DNA of 63,839 nucleotides from Bacillota bacterium (GTDB lineage Bacteria; Bacillota; Clostridia; Christensenellales; CAG-138): positions 1 to 63,839 of the forward strand of contig JAEWQH010000052.1 in NCBI GenBank assembly GCA_023399275.1, read 5' to 3'. Each line of letters opens with the position of its first letter. The first letter of the stretch is position 1. The position numbers and the translations under genes were made by a program. The notes under the pieces are model-generated. The model searched no databases. It was not told the DNA's origin and saw nothing but the letters and a program-made list of their open reading frames with translations. Shown here piece after piece: positions 17,918 to 26,929 of the stretch.

Positions 17918-19684
17918 CTATCCCGAGATCGCTTTCTTGATGCGCCAGGTTTCGCTCTCGTTGAGCAGCAACAGCATATGCGTGCCATCCGCTTCGTGCG
18001 CCTCGGAAAGTATGGTCGCGCTCTGGCGGATCAGGCGCATCGCGTCGTATTTTTCATATGGCACGACGACCTCAAGCCGCACCTGCGTTCTGGCAAGCGC
18101 CTCCTCGATCGCGCGCAGCAGGGTTTCGATGCCCGCGCCGGTCGCCGCGCTGATGGCGACGCCGCCGTTTCTCGGCTTGGCCTCCGGCTTGTCCACCTTG
18201 TTGAATACGTCGATGCGCGGCGTATCCAGCGCGCCGAGCGTGCCGAGCACCTCTTCGACCACATGCATCTGCACCTCATAGTAGTCGCTCGCGCTGTCCA
18301 CCACGTGCAGCACGAGGTCGGCGTCGCATACCTCGTCCAGCGTAGAGCGAAACGCGTTGACCAGATCGTGCGGCAGCTTGTTGATGAAGCCGACCGTGTC
18401 CGAGAGCAGGCATTCCGTGCCGTTTGGCAAGATGATTTTGCGCACGATGGGGTCGAGCGTCGCAAAGAGCTTATCCTCCGCCAGCGCATCTGCGCCGGAG
18501 AGGCGGTTGAGCAGCGTCGACTTGCCCGCGTTGGTATAGCCGACCAGCGCGACGACGGAGATCGGGTTTGCCTTGCGTTTGGCACGGCGCAAGCCGCGCT
18601 GCTTATCGATCTCGGCGAGCTCCTGCTCGAGCTCAAACACGCGCCTGCGAATGCGGCGGCGGTCGATCTCCAGCTTCTTTTCACCCGGGCCGCGCATGCC
18701 GACGCCGGAGGCGCCCTGCCGCGAGAGCACGCGCCCCATCCCGAGCAGCCGTGGCAGGCGGTACTTGAGCTGGGCAAGCTCTACCTGCAGCTTGCCCTCG
18801 CGCGACTGCGCGCGCTGGGCGAATATATCGAGTATCAGCATCGTGCGGTCGATGATCGGCAGCCCCAGTATCTGCTCGAGGTTACGCAGCTGTATGGCGC
18901 TCAGCTCGTCGTCAAACACGAAGATATCCGCTTCGCAGGCGGATGCCGTCAGCGCGAGCTCCTCGGCCTTGCCGCTGCCGATGTAGGTCGCCGCATCTAC
19001 GGCGCGCCTTCTCTGCTGCTCTTTTGCGACGACCTTGATGCCCGCGGTCTGGCAAAGCTCGGCAAGCTCGCCGAGCGTATCGTAACCGTCCGCAGATTCA
19101 ATGCCCGCGAGCACCGCGCGATCCGGCTTGATCTCCACGATGTTGTAGGTGTCGCTCAAAAGCCGCCGGTCCGCCTCGAGGATCGCATCCATCAGCTGCT
19201 TTTGCGGCAGGTGGTGCGCACGCATCGGGCCGTACCAGACGGGCACGCGCTCCTCGCCCTCCATGTCGCCGATAAACGCCGCGTATACGCTGCTGGCGCG
19301 CCCGTCTTTCACGCCTATGGCGCACATGGCGTCGAGCCGCAGCGCATTGAGCGAACCGAGATCGACATCGGAGAGGTAGCCGGTCTCGTTCGGGTGCGTG
19401 TGGATGCAGCGCACGCCGCTGAGCCGGTCTATGTTGCGCACGAGGCGCATCTCCTCCATATGGACGGAGTGGTCGTCGCCCACGCGAACGTCCTCGGTCT
19501 TGCCGGCGCGGGAGACGTATATGAGCACCTCGCGGTTGATCAGCGAGGTGACGCGAACGAGCGCATCGCAAACTTCGTCCGAAAGGAACTCGTCCGCGGA
19601 CATCTCCATATCGTAGAGCAGCAGCAGCTCTTCGAGAACGCTATCCCGAATGCCGCCCGTGTTGCCGTGTATCTCTCTTTTCAT
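17918..19684 (-). CDS. hflX: GTPase HflX with a ~185-aa N-terminal JAB/MPN-like extension
   Basis: HflX N-domain, linker and G-domain (GYTNAGKST, DTVGF, NKVD) begin at about residue 190. Residues 50-125 carry E52...H95-x-H97-x7-S105-x2-D108. Confidence 0.85.
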   Translation of the reverse strand: MKREIHGNTGGIRDSVLEELLLLYDMEMSADEFLSDEVCDALVRVTSLINREVLIYVSRAGKTEDVRVGDDHSVHMEEMRLVRNIDRLSGVRCIHTHPNETGYLSDVDLGSLNALRLDAMCAIGVKDGRASSVYAAFIGDMEGEERVPVWYGPMRAHHLPQKQLMDAILEADRRLLSDTYNIVEIKPDRAVLAGIESADGYDTLGELAELCQTAGIKVVAKEQQRRRAVDAATYIGSGKAEELALTASACEADIFVFDDELSAIQLRNLEQILGLPIIDRTMLILDIFAQRAQSREGKLQVELAQLKYRLPRLLGMGRVLSRQGASGVGMRGPGEKKLEIDRRRIRRRVFELEQELAEIDKQRGLRRAKRKANPISVVALVGYTNAGKSTLLNRLSGADALAEDKLFATLDPIVRKIILPNGTECLLSDTVGFINKLPHDLVNAFRSTLDEVCDADLVLHVVDSASDYYEVQMHVVEEVLGTLGALDTPRIDVFNKVDKPEAKPRNGGVAISAATGAGIETLLRAIEEALARTQVRLEVVVPYEKYDAMRLIRQSATILSEAHEADGTHMLLLLNESETWRIKKAISG

Positions 19685-19818
19685 GCGGTTGGTTTTCGTA
19701 TCCGTTTCTGTTTGGTTGCAGAGCCGCCCGTCGCGCGGCCGTGCTCATGCGTATCATATCATCCCGCTCGCCCGCTGGCAATCACACCGGCCGGTTTGCA
19801 TGATTCCAACGCAAAGAA

Positions 19819-19837
19819 CCCGGGGGAATTCCCCGGG
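19819..19837 (-). terminator. hairpin downstream of the 19857-20378 gene
   Basis: CCCGGGG-AATT-CCCCGGG palindrome followed on the minus strand by TTCTTTGCGTT. Confidence 0.4.
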
Positions 19838-19856
19838 CCCCGCCGATGAAACGACC

Positions 19857-20378
19857 CTACTTATCGGTCGTATCCGACTTGTCGTCCTCGTCGAAATTAA
19901 ACGCGGAGGCGGGCATGCCGCAGCCGCCACGGCTGCAGGATGCGCCGGCGCTCTTTTTCGCCTGTGCCTCTTTATCGACGTATTTGCGCATCTTGACGAC
20001 CAGCAGCACGATCAGCCCGAGCGTCACCGCCAGCGCGACATAGGAGATAATATCGAACACCGTCGGCGTTAGAAACGAGAGCGCGCCGAGGTCTTTTGTC
20101 GCGACCCAATCGTACACGGCGGCTGCCGTATCGGTCGCCGGCGTAACCTCCTGATAGGTGTAGAACGTGCCGCGCAGCAGCGACGCTCCGCTGTTGATCA
20201 CCATGGCGATGCCGAGGAAGATGTAGATCTTGCGCGAGAGCGCTTTGAACTCCTCCTCCATCCCCTCTTTGATGTTGTCCACGCTGTAGAGTTTCCCTTT
20301 GCCGACGATGCCCGAGTAGAGCACGTAGACGGAGATGGCGAGCAGCAGCCAGTCAAACATGGCTAACGATCCGGTCAT
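19857..20378 (-). CDS. hypothetical membrane protein
   Basis: 173 aa with 3-4 hydrophobic helices and an acidic C-terminal tail. No family recognised. An alternative start is M7. Confidence 0.5.
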   Translation of the reverse strand: MTGSLAMFDWLLLAISVYVLYSGIVGKGKLYSVDNIKEGMEEEFKALSRKIYIFLGIAMVINSGASLLRGTFYTYQEVTPATDTAAAVYDWVATKDLGALSFLTPTVFDIISYVALAVTLGLIVLLVVKMRKYVDKEAQAKKSAGASCSRGGCGMPASAFNFDEDDKSDTTDK

Positions 20379-20422
20379 AACGATATTCTCCTTGCTTTCT
20401 ATTTGGTTTGCTTCACATTGTT

Positions 20423-21814
20423 CTATAGCTTTTTGAGCTTAGGGCCGCTCGCCGTGTCCTCCACGGCGTAGCCCATCGCCTTGAGCGCCTCACGGATCTC
20501 ATCCGCGCGCGCGAAGTTCTTTGCCTTTCTTGCGGCTTGCCGCTCGTCGAGCAGGGAAAGCGCCTCCGCAGGGAACGCCTCTTCCTTTTCGTGCGCAAGC
20601 AGGCCGAGCACGCCCGCCAGTTCGCCAAAGAGCGACTTGCCCGCCTCCACCGCGGCCTCTCCGCGCGGCTCGCTGACAAACGTGTTGGCGGCGCGCGCGA
20701 ACTCAAAGAGTACGCCGATGGCATCCGCGGTGTTCAGATCGTCGTCCATCGCCTCGCAAAAGCGCGCCTTGAACTCCTCCAGCTGCGCGAGGAACGCCGC
20801 GTCCTCCGCCGTCCCCCCGGGCGCGATCCGCGCCTCGGCCAGCCGCTGCTTTGCGGTGCGCAGCCGTTCGAGCGCGCTCTCCGCCTGCTGGATCATCTCG
20901 CGCGAGAAGTTCACAGGATTGCGGTATTGCACGCTGAGCATAAACATGCGCACGGCTTCGAGATCAAACTCCTTTGCGATGTCGCGCACGGTGAAGAAGT
21001 TGCCCAGCGACTTGCTCATCTTCTGGTTGTCCACGTTGATGTAGCCGTTGTGCATCCAGTAGCGCGCAAAGGGGTGCCCCGTCGCCGCCTCGCTCTGGGC
21101 GATCTCGTTTTCATGGTGCGGGAAGATCAGGTCCTGCCCGCCGCCGTGGATATCAAACGTCTCCCCGAGGATGGACATGCTCATCGCCGAGCACTCGATG
21201 TGCCAGCCCGGCCGGCCCTTGCCCCAGGGCGAATCCCAGCCCGGCTCGCCAGGCTTCTGCGCCTTCCAGAGCGCGAAGTCGAGCGGATCTTGCTTGTCCT
21301 CGTCCGGATCGACGCGCGCGCCGTTCTCCAGATCGTCTATGTTCTGGCCGGAGAGCTTGCCGTATCCCGGAAAGCTGCGCACGGAGAAGTAGACGTCCCC
21401 GTCCGGCGTTGCGTACGCATGCCCTTTTTCGATGAGTTCGGAGACCAGCGTGATGATCTCGCCGATGTGCTCCGTCGCTCTCGGGTTGACGCTTGCGCGG
21501 CGCACGCCGAGCGCGTCCGCATCGCGATAGTATTCTTGGATGAAGCGCTCACCGAGCGCCTTGACCGTCGTTCCCTCTTCGTTTGCCCGGCGGATCATCT
21601 TATCGTCGATATCCGTAAAGTTCTGCACAAAGCGCACCGTGTAGCCGCGGTATTCCAGATAGCGGCGCAGCGTGTCGAATACGATAAACGGGCGCGCGTT
21701 GCCGATATGAAAAAAATTGTAGACCGTCGGTCCGCAGGCGTACATCGAGATCTGCTCCGGCACGAGCGGCACGAGTTCTTCCTTCTTGCGCGTCATCGTA
21801 TTATAGATCTGCAT
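20423..21814 (-). CDS. cysS: cysteine--tRNA ligase
   Basis: Class I motifs HIGNARP and KMSKSLGN, with full-length similarity to CysS. Confidence 0.95.
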   Translation of the reverse strand: MQIYNTMTRKKEELVPLVPEQISMYACGPTVYNFFHIGNARPFIVFDTLRRYLEYRGYTVRFVQNFTDIDDKMIRRANEEGTTVKALGERFIQEYYRDADALGVRRASVNPRATEHIGEIITLVSELIEKGHAYATPDGDVYFSVRSFPGYGKLSGQNIDDLENGARVDPDEDKQDPLDFALWKAQKPGEPGWDSPWGKGRPGWHIECSAMSMSILGETFDIHGGGQDLIFPHHENEIAQSEAATGHPFARYWMHNGYINVDNQKMSKSLGNFFTVRDIAKEFDLEAVRMFMLSVQYRNPVNFSREMIQQAESALERLRTAKQRLAEARIAPGGTAEDAAFLAQLEEFKARFCEAMDDDLNTADAIGVLFEFARAANTFVSEPRGEAAVEAGKSLFGELAGVLGLLAHEKEEAFPAEALSLLDERQAARKAKNFARADEIREALKAMGYAVEDTASGPKLKKL

Positions 21815-21844
21815 AGGTTTCCCCTCCGTATTTGATTCACTCTA

Positions 21845-22606
21845 TCACAAATCGCGCGGCGCGTCTGCATCCGCTGCGCCATCTTTCTTCAAAAGTGCGG
21901 TTTCGAGCGCTTCGAGCCGCCGTTTGAGATCCTGCAACTGCATCTCCACCGGATCCGGCAGGTCGGTCTGATCGAGGTCCACGCCCGCTTCGCCGGTCAG
22001 ATCCACAGCGCGCTTGACGCATTTCTCCGTATCGCGGCATTCGCATTCCCCGTCGTCGCACATACCCACGCGCTCGCACGGCACCTTGCAGCCATAGAGC
22101 CGCACCACGTGCCCCGGCACGCCGACCACGGTGGAAAACGCCGGCACGTCCTTGAGCACCACGGCGCCCGCGCCAATCTTGGCGTGGCTGCCGACCGTCA
22201 CGGGGCCGAGCACCTTCGCGCCGGCCGATATGGTCACATGATCCCCTATCGTCGGGTGGCGCTTGCCGGTGTCCTTGCCCGTGCCGCCGAGCGTCGCGCC
22301 CTGAAAGATGGTCACATCATCGCCGATGAGCGTCGTCTCGCCGATCACCACCCCCACGCCGTGGTCGATAAACAGCCGCTCGCCGATGGTCGCGCCCGGG
22401 TGGATGTCGATGCCCGTGGTAAAACGGCACCACTCCGACGTCATCCGCGCAAGCAGATGCATGTTGTGGCGGTAGAAGAAATGCGCCCTGCGGTGCATGC
22501 GCACGGCACGAAACCCGGGATAGCAGAGCAATATCTCCCAGATGGACTTCGCGGCGGGGTCTCGCTTGAGCGCCGCCTGCAGATCGCTTTTCAGCGTTTT
22601 GAACAT
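21845..22606 (-). CDS. cysE: serine O-acetyltransferase with a Cys-rich C-terminal extension
   Basis: SAT N-terminal helices plus hexapeptide repeats (IHPGATIGERLFIDHGVGVVIGET). Start trimmed to ATG 22606. Confidence 0.9.
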   Translation of the reverse strand: MFKTLKSDLQAALKRDPAAKSIWEILLCYPGFRAVRMHRRAHFFYRHNMHLLARMTSEWCRFTTGIDIHPGATIGERLFIDHGVGVVIGETTLIGDDVTIFQGATLGGTGKDTGKRHPTIGDHVTISAGAKVLGPVTVGSHAKIGAGAVVLKDVPAFSTVVGVPGHVVRLYGCKVPCERVGMCDDGECECRDTEKCVKRAVDLTGEAGVDLDQTDLPDPVEMQLQDLKRRLEALETALLKKDGAADADAPRDL

Positions 22607-22639
22607 CGTGATTGCGTTCCTTTCGCGCGGACCCAGCCG

Positions 22640-22935
22640 CCGCGCAGATTCAAGGCGATCGATAAAAAAGCGCATCCATCCATAAAGACGAATGCGCTTC
22701 GCGGTTCCACTTTACTTGGAGAATCCAAACGGTTCTCCCGCTCAAGGCTGTAACGCAGCTGCTGCGTCCGCCGATACTCGGCCGGCCGGTATACGGCGGC
22801 TGTTTGTCGGCGGCGGCTCTCGGAAGGCACTTCGGCGGCTCCGGTTCGGGTTGGCTTCCAGCCGATGGCCAGCCCTCTCTTGGAACACTGTTTGACGCGC
22901 GCCTACTCTTTTCCGATCATACGCCTGTCTGATTT
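22640..22935 (-). promoter_or_regulatory. T-box leader (Cys-type) controlling cysE-cysS
   Basis: Minus-strand elements in order: TATGATCGGAAAAGAGTAGG (GA/K-turn-like start), an AGAGAGGG box, and a candidate UGC specifier (plus-strand GCA ~22827-22829). These are followed by the T-box core AAAGTGGAACCGCG (~22700-22713) and the terminator GCGCAT...ATGCGC+TTTTTT (~22664-22697). A possible promoter TTGACA-18-TAAACT lies just upstream. Confidence 0.7.
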
Positions 22936-23128
22936 CGATTCCCCATTAGTTTATGTGAAGCGCCGGCGCATTGTCAAGCCGGTTTGTGACTTTCTCACCG
23001 TCTCGCGGCAAAGGGCGCGCGCTTCTGCTCCGGCGTTTTTCGCCCGTTCCCCCTTGTCAAATCGCGGTTTCTGGGTAATAATGAGTTGTTTATAGATCAC
23101 ACCAAAGGGTATCGAGGAGAACGGTTGT

Positions 23129-24862
23129 ATGAAGATGAGCGAACTGCTCGGCGAGCGCTACAAGGAAAAACCAGCGGACTGCACCATCGAAAGCCACGCG
23201 CTGATGGTGCGCGGCGGCTACATCAAGCAGGTCAACACCGGCGTCTACACGCTTTTGCCGCCCGCGCGGCGCATCACGCAAAAGATCGAGCGCATCATCC
23301 GCGAGGAGATGGACGCCATCGGCGGCCAGGAGGTGCTCTTCCCCGTCGTGCTGCCCGCCGATCTCTGGAAGGAGAGCGGCCGGTTCACCAGCGTCGGCAA
23401 GGAGCTGGTACGCCTGACCGACCGCATGGGCGCGGACATGGTGCTCGGCATGACGCACGAGGAGGCGGCCGTGCACCTCGCGCGGGACGCAGCCAAGAGC
23501 TACGCCAAGTATCCCTTCATGATCTACCAGATCCAAACCAAGTTCCGCGACGAACCGCGCGCCCGCGGCGGGCTAATTCGCGTACGCGAGTTTACGATGA
23601 AGGACGCCTACTCCTTCCACACCAACCAGGCCGATCTCGAGGCGTATTACGAGCGCTGCTATGCCGCCTACGAGCGCATCTTCAAGCGCGCAGGCTGCAA
23701 AAACGTCATCGCCGTGCTATCCGACTCCGGCATGATGGGCGGCCGCGTATCCCACGAGTTTATGCTGCTCACCGAGATCGGCGAGGACACGCTCGTGCTG
23801 TGCGACGCGTGCGATTTCAAGGCAAACATCGAGGCCTGCGCCAGCGTGGTGGATAATTCCGCGCTGTCGGCAACCGAGCCGCTCACTCTCGTGCCCACAC
23901 CGGAGATGGCGACCATCGAGGATGTTGCGCGCTTCTTGCATAAACCTCACAACGCCACCTGCAAGGCCGTCGTCTACCAGCGAAACGCAGACGACAGCTA
24001 TGTCGTCGCCTTTGTGCGCGGCGACCTCGAGGTGCACGAAACCAAGCTGCGCAACGCCGTGGGCACAGAGATCCACCCCGCCGTCATCACGCCGGAGAGC
24101 GGCATCGTCGCCGGCTTCATCGGCCCCGCGGGGCTCGACGTATCCAAGATCACCCTGCTCTTCGACCGCTCGCTCGAGGGCATCGGCGCGCTGGTTTGCG
24201 GCGCGAACAAACAGGATTTTCACTATACCGGCTTCAACATTGAGCGCGACTGCGGCAAGGTATCGTATGTGGACGTGGCCCGCGCGATCCCCGGCGGCAT
24301 CTGCCCCGTCTGCGGCAAACCCGCGCTGCGCGTGAACAACGGCATCGAGGTCGGCAATATCTTCCAGCTCGGAGACAAGTACACCAGAAGCATGAGCATG
24401 CAGTATCTCGACGAAAACGGCACGCTGCAGTACCCCATCATGGGCTGCTATGGCATCGGCGTCGGCCGGCTGGCCGCGAGCGTCTGCGAGGAGAGTCACG
24501 ACGAATACGGCCCTGTCTGGCCCATCAGCATCGCGCCGTGGGAGGCGCAGATCTGCGTGCTGCGCGCCGATCAGGAGGAGCCGAAGCGCGTCGGCGAGGC
24601 GCTCTACGCCGCGCTGCAGCAGGCGGGCGTGGAGACGATTCTGGATGATCGCGCCGTCAGCGCGGGCGTCGTCTTCTCCGAGGCCGACCTCATCGGCGCG
24701 CCGATCCGCCTGACCGTAAGCCCTCGCAACCTTGCAAGCGGTATGATCGAGCTTACAACCCGCGACAAGCGGGTGAAGCGTCAGGTGCCCGTCGAAGAGG
24801 CGCTCGGCGCTGCGCTGGCGCTCAAAGCGCAGCTCTTTGCCGAGATCGAATCCGGCCTGTAG
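23129..24862 (+). CDS. proS: proline--tRNA ligase (bacterial type with editing insertion)
   Basis: 577 aa. Class II motifs (FRDEPRARGGLIRVREF, GCYGIGVGR) and an INS domain. Confidence 0.95.
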   Translation: MKMSELLGERYKEKPADCTIESHALMVRGGYIKQVNTGVYTLLPPARRITQKIERIIREEMDAIGGQEVLFPVVLPADLWKESGRFTSVGKELVRLTDRMGADMVLGMTHEEAAVHLARDAAKSYAKYPFMIYQIQTKFRDEPRARGGLIRVREFTMKDAYSFHTNQADLEAYYERCYAAYERIFKRAGCKNVIAVLSDSGMMGGRVSHEFMLLTEIGEDTLVLCDACDFKANIEACASVVDNSALSATEPLTLVPTPEMATIEDVARFLHKPHNATCKAVVYQRNADDSYVVAFVRGDLEVHETKLRNAVGTEIHPAVITPESGIVAGFIGPAGLDVSKITLLFDRSLEGIGALVCGANKQDFHYTGFNIERDCGKVSYVDVARAIPGGICPVCGKPALRVNNGIEVGNIFQLGDKYTRSMSMQYLDENGTLQYPIMGCYGIGVGRLAASVCEESHDEYGPVWPISIAPWEAQICVLRADQEEPKRVGEALYAALQQAGVETILDDRAVSAGVVFSEADLIGAPIRLTVSPRNLASGMIELTTRDKRVKRQVPVEEALGAALALKAQLFAEIESGL

Positions 24863-24882
24863 ACAAAGGACAAAACGCGAAA

Positions 24883-24909
24883 GCGGCGGAGCCTCTTCCG
24901 CCGCTTTTT
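24883..24909 (+). terminator. intrinsic terminator after proS
   Basis: GCGGCGGA-gcctct-TCCGCCGC followed by TTTTT. Confidence 0.6.
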
Positions 24910-24947
24910 CGTATGGTTGTTTGCGCCCGCCGGTTTGGCACGCGGTG

Positions 24948-25709
24948 CTACGGCTGCGTTTTTTTGACGGAGAACGTGACCGTCAGGTTTGCGTCCACCG
25001 CGATGGAACTGCTCTTGAACGCTACGCCGACCAGCTGGTTTTCGACCGGCGCCTCCTCCACAAGCAGCATCTCGTTCAGCGCGACGCCGCCCGCTGCCGC
25101 GATCGCCCCCGCTTTCTCCTGCGCGTCCGCAACGGCGGCCGCCAGCGCGCCCGCATACGCCGCGGAGGCGTCGAGCAGACTGTAGGTCACCTCGTAGCTT
25201 TCGGTGATGCGCGCGTCGATGATGGGTGAGAGGATCGTATTCACGCGGCTGATATCGCTTTCGGTGATCGTGATCGTTTGGCGCGCGGTATAGCCCGTGA
25301 CCGCGCCGTCGCTTTCACGCGTGGTGGTGCTCAGCGTAACGCCCGTTACGCTGAGATTTCCCGTGAGCACGTTTTGCTGCGCCGCGATGTCCCGAACCTG
25401 CTGCGTCATGCTCTCGCACAGCTCGGCCGCCTCCTCCGACGTGGCGCTCGCGCCCGCGATGGCGATGGTGATGGTCGCGATATCCGGTTCGGCAAGCACC
25501 TGACCAAAGCCGCTGACGACGATGGTATGCTCCGGCTTGACCGCCTCGTTGTTGACGATCACCGTCGGCTGCTCCGGCTCGGCCGTCGGCCCGGGCGTGA
25601 TGTCCTCCTCCTCCTTGCAGGCCGCAAGCGAAAACGACAGCAGCGCGGCAAGCCCTAGGCACAGGACCGCCCGTAAAATCCATTTGGTGGTTTTGGTGTT
25701 TTGACGCAA
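24948..25709 (-). CDS. SIMPL/DUF541-family lipoprotein
   Basis: SIMPL-like repeat pattern (GFGQVLAEPDIATITI...YTARQTITI...). Start reassigned to TTG 25709, 8 nt after GGAGGG, giving the signal LRAVLCLGLAALLSFSLAAC. It lies 5 nt after the upstream stop. Confidence 0.7.
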   Translation of the reverse strand: MRQNTKTTKWILRAVLCLGLAALLSFSLAACKEEEDITPGPTAEPEQPTVIVNNEAVKPEHTIVVSGFGQVLAEPDIATITIAIAGASATSEEAAELCESMTQQVRDIAAQQNVLTGNLSVTGVTLSTTTRESDGAVTGYTARQTITITESDISRVNTILSPIIDARITESYEVTYSLLDASAAYAGALAAAVADAQEKAGAIAAAGGVALNEMLLVEEAPVENQLVGVAFKSSSIAVDANLTVTFSVKKTQP

Positions 25710-25713
25710 GGCC

Positions 25714-26670
25714 TTATCCCTCCAAATCCACGCGATTGCGTGTTTTACCGTTGAGAAATGCATGCAGGTTTTCCGCCGCGATATCGACAAGCCGCTTGCG
25801 AACATCCCGCGGCAGCCAGGCCGCGTGCGGCGTGATCAGACAGTTTTTTGCAAAGAGCAGCGGATGATCCGCCGCGATCGGCTCTCGTTCGACCACATCC
25901 ACTCCGGCGGCGTAGATCGCGCCTGCGTTGAGCGCCTCCGCCAGCGCGGCGGAATCGACCAGCGCGCCGCGCGCGGTGTTGAGAAGGATCGCGCTTTGCT
26001 TCATCCACGCGAGCGTCGAGCGGTTCACGATGCCGCGCGTTTCCTCCGTCGCAGCGCAGTGCAGTGAGAGCACGTCGCTTTGCCGAAAGAGCGCTTCCAG
26101 TGAAACATACGCTCCGCAGAACGCCGCTCGCTCATGACGGCTGCAGCCGATGACGCGCATGCCCAGCGCGCTTGCAACGCGCGCAGCCGCGCAGCCGATC
26201 TCCCCCGTGCCGAGCACGCCGAAGGTCTTGTCGCTCAGCGCGATGATCGGCGCATCCCAGGCGCAGTCGTCCGCGCGCTGCGTCCAGCGCCCTTTGCGCA
26301 CCTCCGCATCCAGCGCACGGGTGCGGTTGGTCAGCTCCAGCATGAGCGCGATCGTATGCTGCGCCACCGCCTCCGTCGAATACCCCGGCACGTTGCATAC
26401 GGCAACGTTATGCCGCTTGGCAGCCGCCAGATCAATCTTATCATATCCTGTTGCAAACAGGCAGAGAAAGCGCAGCTCGGGCGAGAGCGAAAACTCCCGC
26501 TCCCCCAGACGCCCGCGGTTTGTAAAGAGCGCCTGCGCGTGTTTCAGTCGTTCGGGCAGCTGCTCGGGCGCGGTGCGCTCGTAGACGCTCAGCTCCCCAA
26601 ACCGGCGGATCGGCTCCCAGTCGATGTCCCCGGGGTTTACGGAATACGCGTCAAGAATTACGATGTTCAT
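25714..26670 (-). CDS. D-isomer-specific 2-hydroxyacid dehydrogenase
   Basis: NAD-binding motif GVLGTGEIG and a catalytic region with the conserved Arg (NTARG) and His (ITPHAAW). Confidence 0.85.
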   Translation of the reverse strand: MNIVILDAYSVNPGDIDWEPIRRFGELSVYERTAPEQLPERLKHAQALFTNRGRLGEREFSLSPELRFLCLFATGYDKIDLAAAKRHNVAVCNVPGYSTEAVAQHTIALMLELTNRTRALDAEVRKGRWTQRADDCAWDAPIIALSDKTFGVLGTGEIGCAAARVASALGMRVIGCSRHERAAFCGAYVSLEALFRQSDVLSLHCAATEETRGIVNRSTLAWMKQSAILLNTARGALVDSAALAEALNAGAIYAAGVDVVEREPIAADHPLLFAKNCLITPHAAWLPRDVRKRLVDIAAENLHAFLNGKTRNRVDLEG

Positions 26671-26775
26671 CTGTCTCTCCCGGCCGGCTTGGCTTCTTTT
26701 GCAGTATAGCGCATTTACCGGGTGCTGGCAAGTCGCGTCCGCATCCGCTCAGGCGTTACTATGGTGTGTCCTGCG

Positions 26776-26804
26776 TTGCAGGCGAGCGCAATATGTAGTA
26801 TAAT
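26776..26804 (+). promoter_or_regulatory. sigma-A-type promoter for ftsK
   Basis: TTGCAG-17 nt-TATAAT, leaving a leader of about 120 nt before TTG 26930. Confidence 0.45.
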
Positions 26805-26929
26805 GAGTTGATATTATGGTATAGTAGCTGCCTTTGGCGGCGCGCCGCTGATTCGCATCGGATTTAGGCGCGCAAGCATCCGGGCGCACATGCATCTTTT
26901 TTCGGATCCAGAAAGGACGGAGTGCATCT

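Noticed and set aside
22936-23128. A second T-box or other riboswitch upstream of proS.
   Set aside because: There is no T-box core or terminator on the plus strand, and the predicted leader is only about 45 nt.
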